A model generated the notes under the pieces. That model ran no database searches and was not told the DNA's origin. It saw nothing but the letters and a program-made list of their open reading frames with translations. Shown in pieces: positions 1-10,467 of a stretch of DNA of 64,000 nt. Each line of letters begins with the position of its first letter. Positions within the stretch are counted from its first letter, which is position 1. The translations under genes were made by a program, and so were the position numbers. Source of the stretch: Pseudomonadota bacterium (GTDB taxonomy: Bacteria > Bdellovibrionota > Bdellovibrionia > Bdellovibrionales > SG-bin7); assembly GCA_034439715.1 (NCBI GenBank), contig JAWXAY010000010.1:32001-96000 (forward strand). Reading direction: 5' to 3'.

Positions 1-891
1 GTAATTACAGAACTAGTGTCTGCAATGGGACTTAAGTACTGCAGCACCAAAACCAAAATGTTGATGGCCTTTGATGAAGTTCAGCGTCCTTTCGGCATTC
101 AACTTTTTGGCGAAACACCTGAAATTTTGGCTGAGGCCGCTAAAGAGTCCCAAGACTTTGGTGCTGATTTTATTGATCTCAATTTTGGCTGTCCGGTTGC
201 TAAGGTCGTGCGAAAGGGGGCGGGTGCTGCTGTTTTGCGTGACTTGATAACCCTCAGAAATATATTGAGAACTGTAAAACAAGCCATCCAAATTCCACTC
301 ACAATAAAAGTTCGTACAGGTTGGGATAATGAAACTCGAAATGCCGATGAAGTCGTGCGCCTGGCGCATGACGAGGGCATAACCTGGGTCACCATTCACG
401 GACGAACCCGCGCACAAGGTTATAGTGGTTTATCTGATTGGGATTATATTTCTTGGGTAAAGGCGCAAAGTCGAATACCAGTGCTGGGCAATGGTGACGT
501 GAGTTCGGCGGGGGTTGCAAGAATGCGGCTCGACCAAAGTAAGTGTGACGGCGTAATGATCGGTCGAGGTTGTTTAAAGAACCCTTATATTTTTCATGAA
601 GCACTAAGTGGAACACAGGTAGTTGAAAAAAACTACGCAGCCCTCAGTGAACGCCTCCAAGAGCTTTACTATAGTAATTTTCCAGAGCGATACGCCTTAA
701 TACAGTTGCGAAAGTTTGCTATGTGGCAATCGACGGGTCTCCCAGACTCATCCAAGTTTAGAGGTGATATATTTTCAGCCACCACCAAGGAGGCCCTAAA
801 TTCAGTGATTGAATCTTATTTCTTGCGGGTGCAAAATTTAATTAAAGAAGATACAAGTCACCAGGCTTTTTTGATGGGTGGTCATGGATAG
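1..891 (+). CDS. dusB: tRNA-dihydrouridine synthase (5'-truncated by window edge)
   Basis: Motifs IQLFG, IDLNFGCP, LTIKVRTGW, TIHGRT, GNGDV, GVMIGRG. The frame is open from base 1, so the real start lies upstream of the window. Confidence 0.9.
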   Translation, partial: VITELVSAMGLKYCSTKTKMLMAFDEVQRPFGIQLFGETPEILAEAAKESQDFGADFIDLNFGCPVAKVVRKGAGAAVLRDLITLRNILRTVKQAIQIPLTIKVRTGWDNETRNADEVVRLAHDEGITWVTIHGRTRAQGYSGLSDWDYISWVKAQSRIPVLGNGDVSSAGVARMRLDQSKCDGVMIGRGCLKNPYIFHEALSGTQVVEKNYAALSERLQELYYSNFPERYALIQLRKFAMWQSTGLPDSSKFRGDIFSATTKEALNSVIESYFLRVQNLIKEDTSHQAFLMGGHG

Positions 892-1831
892 AAAGATCGA
901 GAAAGTCTTAGTTGAGGCCCGCGGAGTCAATAAGCACTACCCCAATTTTTGTGATTTAAAAAATATCAGTTTTAGTTTTGACGTCGGAAAGAGTTACGGA
1001 GTTCTTGGTCCGCGCAATAGCGGCGTTACGGGCCTGCTGCGTTTGATTTATTGTACGGCATTCTCAGATAAAGGTGAGGTCATGGTTTTGGGTTACAATG
1101 CCAAAAATCAACCTCGGGAGATTAAATCAATTGTTGGCGTGGTGCCGGATGCTCTCAGTCTCGAGGAAGATCTCACCGTGATAGAACAATTAACAGTTTT
1201 TGGTAAATTTTATGATCTTGCTGGCCCAGTGGTTCAAAATCGTGCGCGAGAACTCCTCCAGCAAATGGAACTTGGCGGTCTTGAGGGTTACTCCACCCGA
1301 CACCTTAGTTTGTTCCAAAGAAAAAAACTATGTTTGGCGCGGGCACTTTTACATCAGCCTCAACTTTTAGTACTTGATGAACCAACAAAGGGCCTGACCA
1401 GCAATGACAAAAAGTGGTTTTTACAGATGTTACAATTTGTTCAAAAGGCCAATATTAATTTAGTTATTGGAACATCTAATTACGGGGATGCCTTGGAACT
1501 CTGTGACTATATTTTATTTTTGCATAATGGAAGGGTCATAGAGCAGGGCGAAGCCAAATCATTGCTAACAAATATCGTAGGCACTACCGTCATAGATTTT
1601 CAAAGTCCACCCGCTGAGGTCGAGTATCAGCTAGCAAAATTTAGTAATAGTTACGAAGTCTTTATTGTTGATAACCGAGTGCGAATCTTTTTCAAGGAAG
1701 GCCAAGATATAAAAGAGGCTCTGACAAAGATTTTAAGCGACAACATTATTACCCGTAAACCTAATCTCGACGATATTTTCGTAAAACTTATTGGTCATTC
1801 GCTGGAGCAAAAGCCATGGGCGACAACCTAA
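878..1831 (+). CDS. ABC transporter ATP-binding protein, NodI/DrrA-like, with degenerate motifs
   Basis: Walker B LLVLDEPT intact; Walker A reads GPRNSGVT (no Lys); signature LSLFQ; C-terminal RKPNLDDIFVKLIG typical of this subfamily. Confidence 0.85.
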   Translation: MVMDRKIEKVLVEARGVNKHYPNFCDLKNISFSFDVGKSYGVLGPRNSGVTGLLRLIYCTAFSDKGEVMVLGYNAKNQPREIKSIVGVVPDALSLEEDLTVIEQLTVFGKFYDLAGPVVQNRARELLQQMELGGLEGYSTRHLSLFQRKKLCLARALLHQPQLLVLDEPTKGLTSNDKKWFLQMLQFVQKANINLVIGTSNYGDALELCDYILFLHNGRVIEQGEAKSLLTNIVGTTVIDFQSPPAEVEYQLAKFSNSYEVFIVDNRVRIFFKEGQDIKEALTKILSDNIITRKPNLDDIFVKLIGHSLEQKPWATT

Positions 1832-2628
1832 GGGGGCTTGCTAGAGATTTATGGTTCCTTCCAAAATTGAGGGTTGGCGCCTTCAATGTGTGGAGCCACT
1901 ACTTTCTCGTTTTTCGACAAGCGCCGCTTATTAATTTTTTTTGGGTCAGCGTTGAACCACTTGTCTATTTGTTTGCTATTGGAAATGGCGTTGGCTCTTT
2001 AGTAGCTGAAGTAAATGGAGTTTCTTATTTTGAGTTTTTCTTTCCTGGACTACTTGCCATATCTGTCATGATCACTACCAGTTACGAAACTACTTATGGC
2101 ACTTACAACCGAGCTTACTTTAGCAAAACATTTGCGAACTTATTTTTAACGCCAATTAGTTCCATGGATTTACTCTTAGGCGAGATTCTATGGGCTGTAT
2201 TTAAGGGATTGCTCAGTGCTTTAACTGTAGTGCTTGTGCTTTATGTCGACAAATATTTATCGCTGGGACAGCTTTTTTCTTTACTAGGCGCCTCAGTGCT
2301 TCTCTGCTGGTTTTTTTCTTCTCTCGGGTTATTTATTACTTCAATCGTAGGATCATCAGAATCATTTATTTATTATCAATCTGGATTTTTAATTCCTATG
2401 GCAATGCTTTGTAATACCTATTTTCCAATGACCAATTATCCAGAGACCGTACAGGCATTGATAAAAATATTACCCTTGAGCCAGGGAGTATTTTTATTTC
2501 GAGCAATAATGGAAGGTAGATTTGAATTATCATTTTACCTTGCTGTACTCTACTTTTTGATTTTGAGTTTTCTTTTTACAAATTGGTCACTACAAAGAAT
2601 GTCGAAAAAAATAGAGACGCTAGTCTAA
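1816..2628 (+). CDS. ABC-2 type permease (NodJ-like)
   Basis: About six hydrophobic segments; EPLVYLFAIGNGVG, YFEFFFPGLLA, TPIS..DLLLGEILWA; overlaps the ATPase gene. Confidence 0.88.
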   Translation: MGDNLRGLARDLWFLPKLRVGAFNVWSHYFLVFRQAPLINFFWVSVEPLVYLFAIGNGVGSLVAEVNGVSYFEFFFPGLLAISVMITTSYETTYGTYNRAYFSKTFANLFLTPISSMDLLLGEILWAVFKGLLSALTVVLVLYVDKYLSLGQLFSLLGASVLLCWFFSSLGLFITSIVGSSESFIYYQSGFLIPMAMLCNTYFPMTNYPETVQALIKILPLSQGVFLFRAIMEGRFELSFYLAVLYFLILSFLFTNWSLQRMSKKIETLV

Positions 2629-3608
2629 ATGAGATGATTATCTTTGCACCAACGGATGCTGTTTTCGATTGCAACATCAGCTGAACGAGCCTTAAATCCA
2701 AGTTCCCTTTTCGCTTTTTCATTTGAAAACCAATGGTAAAGTTGCGAGATCCAAGCGGTCTCACTGCTAATGGGAGCCTTTTTACCAATTTTAGCCAGTT
2801 GATCGCCAACTAGTCCCAGTAATCTCAATGCGCCATTGGGCAAAAATATTTTTGGGGGATTTACCCCAGAGGCCTTTGCTATTTTCGCAAACAAGTCTTT
2901 AATCAATATATTTTCACCAGATAAAATGTAACGCTCTCCATTTCGACCCTTTTGCCAAGCCGACCACATGGCATCTACTACATCTTCAAGCGCCACGACA
3001 TTGGCTCCTCCAGATGTATAAAATGGGAATTTCCCTTTTGCTACTTTAAGTTGGGTGCCGCGACTTCCTTTTTTTGCATCGCCGGCGCCATAAATAGTTG
3101 AGGGATTTACAATTACTGCGGCGAGACGATTTAATCTTGCGGCCCTGCGGACATACATCTCTGCGGCGTGTTTAGTATCAAAATAACCAAGATGTAAATG
3201 TCGCAAATTAAATTTGGCAGACTCATCTAAAATTATCTGAGGCGAAAAGCTGGCGCCGATTGCAGAAACACTACTGACGTGTAAAAGACGAGGGACCCTA
3301 TGCGCTATGCAGGCATCTACTATATTTTTAGTACCATGATAATTTACCTGAACCATCGTCTTACGCTCATTGGGCGTGTAGGCAACTAGACCTGCAAGAT
3401 GAAAAACCCCTTCCATATTCTTAGTGACAGAAAAAACCGACTCGCGATCTGTGATGTCGCCCAACACTGGTGTGATACCCCATTTTTGTATTTCATCAAG
3501 GTTTGATAGACTTCGAACCAGAGCAAACGTTTGGTGGTTTTCCTCGCGAAGGCGCTTGGCCATCCAGTGACCCAAAAAGCCATTTGCTCCTGTGATAAGA
3601 ATTTTCAC
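2625..3608 (-). CDS. NAD-dependent epimerase/dehydratase (extended SDR, HpnA/dihydroflavonol reductase-like)
   Basis: ITGANGFLG Rossmann motif, VFHLAG, HVSS, YxxxK (YFDTK), NPSTIYG. Confidence 0.9.
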   Translation of the reverse strand: MKILITGANGFLGHWMAKRLREENHQTFALVRSLSNLDEIQKWGITPVLGDITDRESVFSVTKNMEGVFHLAGLVAYTPNERKTMVQVNYHGTKNIVDACIAHRVPRLLHVSSVSAIGASFSPQIILDESAKFNLRHLHLGYFDTKHAAEMYVRRAARLNRLAAVIVNPSTIYGAGDAKKGSRGTQLKVAKGKFPFYTSGGANVVALEDVVDAMWSAWQKGRNGERYILSGENILIKDLFAKIAKASGVNPPKIFLPNGALRLLGLVGDQLAKIGKKAPISSETAWISQLYHWFSNEKAKRELGFKARSADVAIENSIRWCKDNHLI

Positions 3609-3729
3609 CTAGTCTCCATAATGGGTAAGCATAGACACTTTGGCGCCTAGACACAAGGCCCGAAGAAAAAAATCTCGGATACTCAATTGGCCCAAGCCAT
3701 GACAAAATAAAAATATTAGAGGTGTCAGT

Positions 3730-4497
3730 TTGAAATGGGATAAGGCAAGTCTCTTTGGCTTAGTATTTGGAATCGGTGGAATTCTTCTTGGGCAAGTATT
3801 AGAGGGTGGGCATATCGGCTCTCTTGTTCAAACCACTGCATTTTTTATTGTTTTTGGTGGCACACTCGGAGCTGTTCTTATCAGCTCTACGCAAGAAGAT
3901 CTTAGAACAGCGGTCGCCCTATTTAAAACTGCTTTTCAAGAAAGTGAGGGTCAACGACCCGAAGAAATTATTGCGCAAATTACTCAGGCTGCCCAGATCG
4001 CAAGAAAAGACTCCATCCTCGCTTTAGAGAAAAACATTTCCTATTTTTCTAATAGCTATATGAAGAAAGTTTTTCGTTATGTTGTAGATGGAGTTGAGAG
4101 CCACACCATTCGAGAAGTGTTTGAGCACGAGATAGAACTCGAAGAAGAACACATGTTGGGCGGTGCAAAGGTTTGGATGGAGGCCGGTGGATTTGCGCCA
4201 ACGATAGGAATCATTGGAGCAATTTTGGGCCTTATACATGTTATGCAAAATCTCACAGATACGGGTAATCTCGGAAAGGGCATAGCGGTCGCATTCGTGG
4301 CCACTATTTATGGAGTGGGTTCGGCCAATCTAATTTTTATACCTATTGCGAATAAAATTAAGAGAAAAATAAAACAGCAGTCACTTCAGAAGGAGCTTGT
4401 TTTAGAAGGAGCGATATCGATTGTCAGTGGCATGAATCCTCACATAATTCACGAAAAACTTAACTCTTATTGGTTTGACAAGATGGAGAGAAAATAA
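3730..4497 (+). CDS. motA: Flagellar motor stator protein MotA
   Basis: IVFGGTLGA, APTIGIIGAILGLI, GIAVAFVATIYG, IPIANK; followed by motB. Confidence 0.93.
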   Translation: MKWDKASLFGLVFGIGGILLGQVLEGGHIGSLVQTTAFFIVFGGTLGAVLISSTQEDLRTAVALFKTAFQESEGQRPEEIIAQITQAAQIARKDSILALEKNISYFSNSYMKKVFRYVVDGVESHTIREVFEHEIELEEEHMLGGAKVWMEAGGFAPTIGIIGAILGLIHVMQNLTDTGNLGKGIAVAFVATIYGVGSANLIFIPIANKIKRKIKQQSLQKELVLEGAISIVSGMNPHIIHEKLNSYWFDKMERK

Positions 4498-4500
4498 AAA

Positions 4501-5229
4501 ATGGCTCGGCGCCGTCGCCCAGGTCACCGTCCTGAAGAACCCGAAAACCACGAGCGCTGGCTAATTTCATACGCCGACTTTATAACCCTTTTATTTGCAT
4601 TTTTTGTGGTCATGTATGCAACAGCCCAACGAAACCCAGAAAAAGAAAAACAATTCGAAAAATCTATTCGAAAATATCTTTATGAGGTAGCCAGTTTTGG
4701 CGGCGAGGGAGCAGGAGACAGCGGAACGGGAACATTGCAGGTTTCATTGGGCAAAAAGGGTCCCGCTGAGCTTAAAGACCTTATTGCTCGCGAGCTAAAA
4801 CCAATTTCTGAAGGAGCTGACGGCAATTCGATCGTAGAAGAGATTACCCACGACAGTTTAGGGGTGAGAATTCGCTTAGTGGCGTCGGGACTTTTTCGAG
4901 CAGGATCTGCAAAACTTAACGATTCAGCTTTTGAGCCATTAAAACAGATTGGCGAAATACTAGAGAAAATGGACGGCAAAATTATCATTGAGGGGCATAC
5001 GGATAACACGCCCATTAAGACCCGAGAATTTCCGAGTAATTGGGAGCTCTCCTCAGCTCGGGCTACTCGACTAGTGCGGCACTTGATTGAATGGCAGGGT
5101 TTGACTCCCAATAAAATTCTAGCGGTAGCCTATGCTGATCAAAAGCCACTTGTCCCGAATAACAATGAAAAAAATCGGGCCAAAAATCGGCGCATAGAAA
5201 TATTTATCACAAGTAAGGACGAGCTCTAG
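4501..5229 (+). CDS. motB: Flagellar motor stator protein MotB
   Basis: ERWLISYADFITLLFAFFVVMYA transmembrane motif; OmpA-like domain EGHTDN, NWELSSARA, NRRIEI. Confidence 0.95.
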   Translation: MARRRRPGHRPEEPENHERWLISYADFITLLFAFFVVMYATAQRNPEKEKQFEKSIRKYLYEVASFGGEGAGDSGTGTLQVSLGKKGPAELKDLIARELKPISEGADGNSIVEEITHDSLGVRIRLVASGLFRAGSAKLNDSAFEPLKQIGEILEKMDGKIIIEGHTDNTPIKTREFPSNWELSSARATRLVRHLIEWQGLTPNKILAVAYADQKPLVPNNNEKNRAKNRRIEIFITSKDEL

Positions 5230-5242
5230 ATTTGGGTGCAAT

Positions 5243-5863
5243 TTATCGATATTGAATTTGAATCGATTTCATTACCACAGGCGTAAGCGGCTTATCACGG
5301 AGATCTCGCTTTGTTTCCGAAATTGATTTTACAATATCCATTCCCTTTGTTACCTGGCCGAAAATTGTAAAGTTTCTGTTAAGATCAGGTTGAGGAGATA
5401 AAGTAATAAAAAACTGACTTCCAATTTTTTCGCCCTTGGGCGATGCCATAGCGACAATACCGGCCTCGTCGAACTCGAGATCAGGGTTAATCTCTTGATC
5501 AACGCTCACTCCCGGCCCACCTGTTCCGTCACCCGCAGGATCTCCGCCTTGGACCATGAACCCAGGTACAACACGGTGAATGGTCAGCCGATCATAATAC
5601 CGGCTTTTAACTTTCTTTCTGGTCTCGATATCTACGGTTTCTTTTAGACCTTTAACTAAGCTTATAAAGTGAGTGACGGTCTTAGGTGCATGGGTGTGAA
5701 ACAATTTAATATCGAAGCTTCCCATGGAAGTTAAAACTACAGCGTAAACAGCTTTTGGTTTTTTGGCGGACTGAGCAGCAAATGAAGCATTTCCAAATCC
5801 CGGAAGGCAACCTAGATAAAACACAATTGCGAAAAAAAGTTTATAAATATTATGCGTTCTCAT
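5243..5863 (-). CDS. Cyclophilin-type peptidyl-prolyl isomerase, exported
   Basis: APKTV..F, HRVVPGFMVQGGDP.GDGTGGPG, GSQFFITL, TIFGQV; N-terminal signal-like segment. Confidence 0.92.
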   Translation of the reverse strand: MRTHNIYKLFFAIVFYLGCLPGFGNASFAAQSAKKPKAVYAVVLTSMGSFDIKLFHTHAPKTVTHFISLVKGLKETVDIETRKKVKSRYYDRLTIHRVVPGFMVQGGDPAGDGTGGPGVSVDQEINPDLEFDEAGIVAMASPKGEKIGSQFFITLSPQPDLNRNFTIFGQVTKGMDIVKSISETKRDLRDKPLTPVVMKSIQIQYR

Positions 5864-5878
5864 ACTCTAAACCTTAGG

Positions 5879-8320
5879 TTAACTGGGCGGACTAAGTGGG
5901 TCAAGACTTTTGAAAGTCAGCTGATTCTCAATAAGCACCTTCATAACAGAGTCTAAGAGTGCCTTTGGATCAGTTTCAAAGAGCCGGGCAATTTTTTCGA
6001 TGTGTGGTTGGTTTAGATTTAAGTCTGAACCCGGGGCCGAAGAGACAAGTTGTTTGATTTGTTCAAGCTGGCGTAAATAAAGGTAGTTTTTTAATAGACC
6101 GGCAGAATGCTCCAGCCAAGCAGAACTATTTTGAGAAAGAGAGTGAATCATTCCCAAAGTAGAAGTATCACGACTAAATATCTGTTGATTAAGTATGGCC
6201 CACTGACAATTAAACTCAATATCTAATAAAGCTCCCCGAGAATATTTTAGATCGACACCATGGGTGGGCTCTAACTCGAGCTGCCGCTTTACATTCATTA
6301 GTTCGATTCGATCATCTTCGGTTATTTTTTTGGTAATAGCATACTGGGCCGGAAAAAAACTGGGATCGCCCAGGGCCCGAGATTTGAGATAGGCCTGGCG
6401 CTCCCAGATTTTAGCAGTTTTGTTTAAAAACTCTTCTAGCTGTTCTCGACTGACAATAATGGGACCTGCCTTTCCAGAAGGGCGCAGTCTAAAGTCTAAA
6501 CTGTAGAGGTGGCCGCCGCGATTTTTTTGCGTAAGTCGGGTTATCATGCGTTTGGCAACGGCATGATCATCCTTATCGGGACTATTGGGAGTGATAAAAA
6601 TAAAATCAAGATCAGAATTCAATCCTAATTCATGCCCAGACCACTTACCCATCGCCAAAATACCGATCTGGCTTTTCGGAAAATCTTCTTTGGTTTTGCT
6701 TAAGAGGTGCGTTACTATTCTGTCTGCCGAATCAGATAAGGCCTGCGTGAGGCGGCCAATATCCTTATGTAATAAAAACTGACTCGAACAAATTATTTCG
6801 GAGAGAAGTTTATTGTCGCCAAGATCTTCTATAAGGGAGTTTATATCTGTTGTATGAATTTCGATGGTCTTCAGAATAAAGCTATCCAGTAACTCTGGGC
6901 GCGAAATTAAAATATGGCTTAAATAAGGAGAAAGTGAAAAAAGCCAAACCAATTCCTTGGTAATTTCAGGATTTCGGTTAAGCATGGAGAAAAAACTAGC
7001 TTTCGCCCGAACAGATTTCAAAAAATCTGCCAGAAGAAGAATTGGGAGGTCCTTCTCTTGAGTCGTGCGGTTGAGCTCTAATATAAAACTTTGTAAAAAA
7101 ATAAGACGTTCACGTTCATCTCTCTGAGAGTTTGATGACAATACCTTTGTTTCTATAAGAGTGGGCCAGATCTCAACAATTTTGGGGCTGTGAGCTCCAT
7201 GTTTTTTTAGCCAGGCGAACTGCTCAGGCAATTCCTTCGGAATTTCAATTTCTGAGCTCGCGCTACCGATAAGCGACGAAACCAAAAGGTCGGTTTTCTG
7301 TGAACGAGCACCTATTTCCCTCCATGCCTGCGGGTCAAGAGGTGATGAATCTAGCTTCCAACTGTGGGTTTGTTGATCAAGTTTCGACTGAACTAGGTTT
7401 TCAAGGCGACGGTAATACCAATATGTTTCACTAAGAAACTCCGCATCTTCAAAGGATAAAATTTTACAGTCCTGTAAAAGTTGAATCGCTTTAGAAGTTG
7501 AACCTGTTTGCAGTTGCGGGTTTTTTCCGCCATGAATCACCTGAAGTGCATGAATATAAAGTTCGATGTCTCTAATGCCGCCAACACCTAGCTTGAGATT
7601 AAAAGAGCGCTCGTCCTGATTAAGATAAAAATGCTGAATTTTGCTCCGCAGGGTCTTTAGGTCCTCGAGGAGTGTATAATCGAGATGTTTACGAAAGCAG
7701 AATTTTTTCCGAAATGATTCAATAGATGCGATAATATCTTGATTTCCCAGTAGTGGCCGCAGGCGAATGAGGGCTAGGCGCTCCCAGGTCTCTCCATAGT
7801 TTCCGTAGTAGTCTTCAAATTGAGAGGGTGTACTTATAATGGGCCCCATGCGACCACCAGGTCGTAAATCTACGTCGACACGAAAGAAAAAACCAAAATC
7901 AGATTTTTGTGTCAGCGACATTAAAAAATCAGAGAACGAGCGTCTGTCGATAGGTTGGTTCTCTTTTTGCAAAAACATGAGATCTATGTCAGAGCTCAAA
8001 TTTAATTCTTCGGCTCCCAGCTTACCGACTGCCAAAATCGTAATGTCATGACGGGATAAATTTGATTGGGCGTATACGCTGCGAATAACTTCGTCTGAGA
8101 ATCGGCTCCAATATCGACATACGGCTTCAGGGGTAGCGGATTTAAAGTAATTGGCAAGAACACATTCAACAAATTTGTTAACGCGAGTCTTTCGTAATTG
8201 CTCTAGAGTAGAAGTCGAATCCCGATCAAGTATTCTTCTATAGTCTGTGAGTATCGGAAATAATTTTTGTGCTTCGGCAATTTGATTTAGAGAATACGAG
8301 CTAACTTCGGGCAAAATCAT
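5879..8320 (-). CDS. glnE: Glutamine synthetase adenylyltransferase / adenylyl-removing enzyme
   Basis: Two nucleotidyltransferase domains: GKLGAEELNLSSDIDL...RVDVDLRPGG...WER...LKLGVGGIRDIE and MGKWSGHELGLNSDLDF...DFRLRPSG...WERQA. Start moved to ATG 8320, just after the tolB stop. Confidence 0.9.
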   Translation of the reverse strand: MILPEVSSYSLNQIAEAQKLFPILTDYRRILDRDSTSTLEQLRKTRVNKFVECVLANYFKSATPEAVCRYWSRFSDEVIRSVYAQSNLSRHDITILAVGKLGAEELNLSSDIDLMFLQKENQPIDRRSFSDFLMSLTQKSDFGFFFRVDVDLRPGGRMGPIISTPSQFEDYYGNYGETWERLALIRLRPLLGNQDIIASIESFRKKFCFRKHLDYTLLEDLKTLRSKIQHFYLNQDERSFNLKLGVGGIRDIELYIHALQVIHGGKNPQLQTGSTSKAIQLLQDCKILSFEDAEFLSETYWYYRRLENLVQSKLDQQTHSWKLDSSPLDPQAWREIGARSQKTDLLVSSLIGSASSEIEIPKELPEQFAWLKKHGAHSPKIVEIWPTLIETKVLSSNSQRDERERLIFLQSFILELNRTTQEKDLPILLLADFLKSVRAKASFFSMLNRNPEITKELVWLFSLSPYLSHILISRPELLDSFILKTIEIHTTDINSLIEDLGDNKLLSEIICSSQFLLHKDIGRLTQALSDSADRIVTHLLSKTKEDFPKSQIGILAMGKWSGHELGLNSDLDFIFITPNSPDKDDHAVAKRMITRLTQKNRGGHLYSLDFRLRPSGKAGPIIVSREQLEEFLNKTAKIWERQAYLKSRALGDPSFFPAQYAITKKITEDDRIELMNVKRQLELEPTHGVDLKYSRGALLDIEFNCQWAILNQQIFSRDTSTLGMIHSLSQNSSAWLEHSAGLLKNYLYLRQLEQIKQLVSSAPGSDLNLNQPHIEKIARLFETDPKALLDSVMKVLIENQLTFKSLDPLSPPS

Positions 8321-8321
8321 G

Positions 8322-9731
8322 TTAGTCAAGAAATGGTGACCAAACGGGTTTCTCGTAATTAAAGTTATCAAAAGTGAGCCTTCGTTCCACTGAGCCGTCT
8401 AGATTCACTAAAAATATTTGGTAGGAGCCGGTTCGGTTGCTTCGAAAAACTATATTTCGGCCATCGGGAGAAAAAGAAGGATCTTCGTTATTGGCAAGTT
8501 TTGAACTTCCTCGTTTAGGCGAACTCGTCAGGCGAATCATATTTGTACCGTCGGCGTTCATTAAAAATATATCAAAATGGTCATTTTCTTGCCCGGCAAA
8601 TACAATGAGCTTGCCATCAGGAGACCATGCAGGGGTTGAGTTATACCTGCCGGCAAAAGTGAGGCGGTTGACATTTCCACCATTGATATCCATGACGTAG
8701 ATCATGGGATGGCCGCCACTTCGGTCAGACGAAAAAAGTATTCGACGACCGTCAGGGCTTGCGTAGGGTTCGACGTTCATTGCGCCTAAGGGACCAGCAG
8801 TAATTTTAATTAGTTTTTTATTATCAAAGTAATAGCGAAAGATGTCAGGGTGACCTGTCTTTCGAGTATTCGTGAAAAGCAAACTTTTTCCATCAGGATG
8901 AAAGTTAACGCCAGAATTGGTGCCAGGATCATCAGAAATCACTGTCGAACTTCCTGAGGCGAGGTCGTGCAGCAGAAGATCGACGTTTCGCATTTTAAGT
9001 TTAGGTTTATAAAGCATGGCTGAATAAGCTACTTTTTTGCCGTCGGTTGACCAAGATGGCGATATGGTCACAGATTTATTGTTGGTAATTTGTTTTATGC
9101 TCCCTTCAAAAGCATCCCAATCCATTACATATAGCTCTTTAAAATCTTTTCCTCCACGGTCACTTGTGACTGCGAGTTTAGAAACAAAAAAACCTTTTTT
9201 GCCGGTCAAGCTGAGCAAAATATCATTAGCGAACCTGTGGGCCATATAGCGAGCGTTTTTTGTTTCGCCTTGATATTTTTTACCGAGAAGAAGTTTTGAG
9301 CTAGGGACATGATATAGATATACTTCGAGATCAATGGAGTTCGCTTTGATATTATAACCGGCCCTTATCAAAAAATCAGCGCTGATTTGTTTCCAGTTTT
9401 CAAAATTAAATCCATTGGGTTCTACTGTGACGGGCTTCAAGCCGGTTTTATTGGGGTCTTCAAGATAAGCTTTGCTGTCAATAAAAGTAAAATAACCGCT
9501 GATCTCTAAGTCATTTTTGAGGACATCGAATAATGTTTTTCCTGTCTCCACATATTTTGTAGATACGCCGGGGTTACCAAAAAACTGAAACTGGGGCATA
9601 GCCAAAAGACTTTTTTTAACTAACGTTGCCTGACCCACCTGAAGAATTGGTTTGTTATCCGCTGCACTTTGCGCAAAAGTACTTACAGTAAAAATTAGCT
9701 GAGTGATTAAAAACAACATTTTCATTTTCAT
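8322..9731 (-). CDS. tolB: Tol-Pal beta-propeller protein TolB
   Basis: Signal peptide, NDLEISGYF, AHRFANDI, repeated P.WSPDG (PD40) blades; lies after tolQRA. Confidence 0.92.
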   Translation of the reverse strand: MKMKMLFLITQLIFTVSTFAQSAADNKPILQVGQATLVKKSLLAMPQFQFFGNPGVSTKYVETGKTLFDVLKNDLEISGYFTFIDSKAYLEDPNKTGLKPVTVEPNGFNFENWKQISADFLIRAGYNIKANSIDLEVYLYHVPSSKLLLGKKYQGETKNARYMAHRFANDILLSLTGKKGFFVSKLAVTSDRGGKDFKELYVMDWDAFEGSIKQITNNKSVTISPSWSTDGKKVAYSAMLYKPKLKMRNVDLLLHDLASGSSTVISDDPGTNSGVNFHPDGKSLLFTNTRKTGHPDIFRYYFDNKKLIKITAGPLGAMNVEPYASPDGRRILFSSDRSGGHPMIYVMDINGGNVNRLTFAGRYNSTPAWSPDGKLIVFAGQENDHFDIFLMNADGTNMIRLTSSPKRGSSKLANNEDPSFSPDGRNIVFRSNRTGSYQIFLVNLDGSVERRLTFDNFNYEKPVWSPFLD

Positions 9732-9735
9732 TCCT

Positions 9736-10467
9736 CTAGTCAGGGTAGGCTACAACCATGCCGTCAATCATTAAAACTTGCTTAAGGCGATCGGGTGGGG
9801 CCGGCAATGGGCTGGCCTCCATAATAGCCTTTAGCACCAACTTATCATAAATTTCATTACCAGAGGATTTTACCAAACTCCGATCAATTACGTAACCCCT
9901 CTCGTCTATTTTCACCAGAACATGGGTTCTAAGGCCAGAATCTTTTAACCACTGCGGCAAAATAAAATGAAGTTTTACCTTTGCTCGTGCTAGATCAAAA
10001 TATTTATCGTATTCCAGTTTTGCGACACCAACAACCTCGCTTCCGGGCGACAATACGTTCCCTTTATATAGTGTGGGCTGGGGAGGTGGTGGCACCTCAG
10101 GTTGTGGCGCTGGTTCAGTCTTTTTTTTCATTTGATTTTTAAGCTTGTCGAGTGCTTCTTTTTGTTCGAGTTTAGTTTTGGCCAAATCAAATGTCGGCGT
10201 TTTTGGTTTTTCTATTGGTTTTTCGACCGGTTTTTCCAGCGCAACCTTTTCAGGTTCAACTTCGGCCGGCTCATTGATTTTTGGCATTACTTTGTCAGGA
10301 AGAGATACTAAGTCTACGCGAACAGCGTTGTTAATTATTATCGCTTCACCTGAAAAAAAAACTGCTTTAATTGTAAAAAGAAAAAACACTGCTATATGGC
10401 CAATCAAAGAATTTGTTAAATTCTTTTTGAGATCGGGATCTTCGAGCACTAAGTATTGTAATTTCAC
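9736..10467 (-). CDS. tolA: TolA/TonB-family energy transducer
   Basis: Single N-terminal TM with SxxxH, Pro/Glu/Lys-rich linker, C-terminal KSSGN..YD domain; between tolR and tolB. Confidence 0.82.
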   Translation of the reverse strand: MKLQYLVLEDPDLKKNLTNSLIGHIAVFFLFTIKAVFFSGEAIIINNAVRVDLVSLPDKVMPKINEPAEVEPEKVALEKPVEKPIEKPKTPTFDLAKTKLEQKEALDKLKNQMKKKTEPAPQPEVPPPPQPTLYKGNVLSPGSEVVGVAKLEYDKYFDLARAKVKLHFILPQWLKDSGLRTHVLVKIDERGYVIDRSLVKSSGNEIYDKLVLKAIMEASPLPAPPDRLKQVLMIDGMVVAYPD

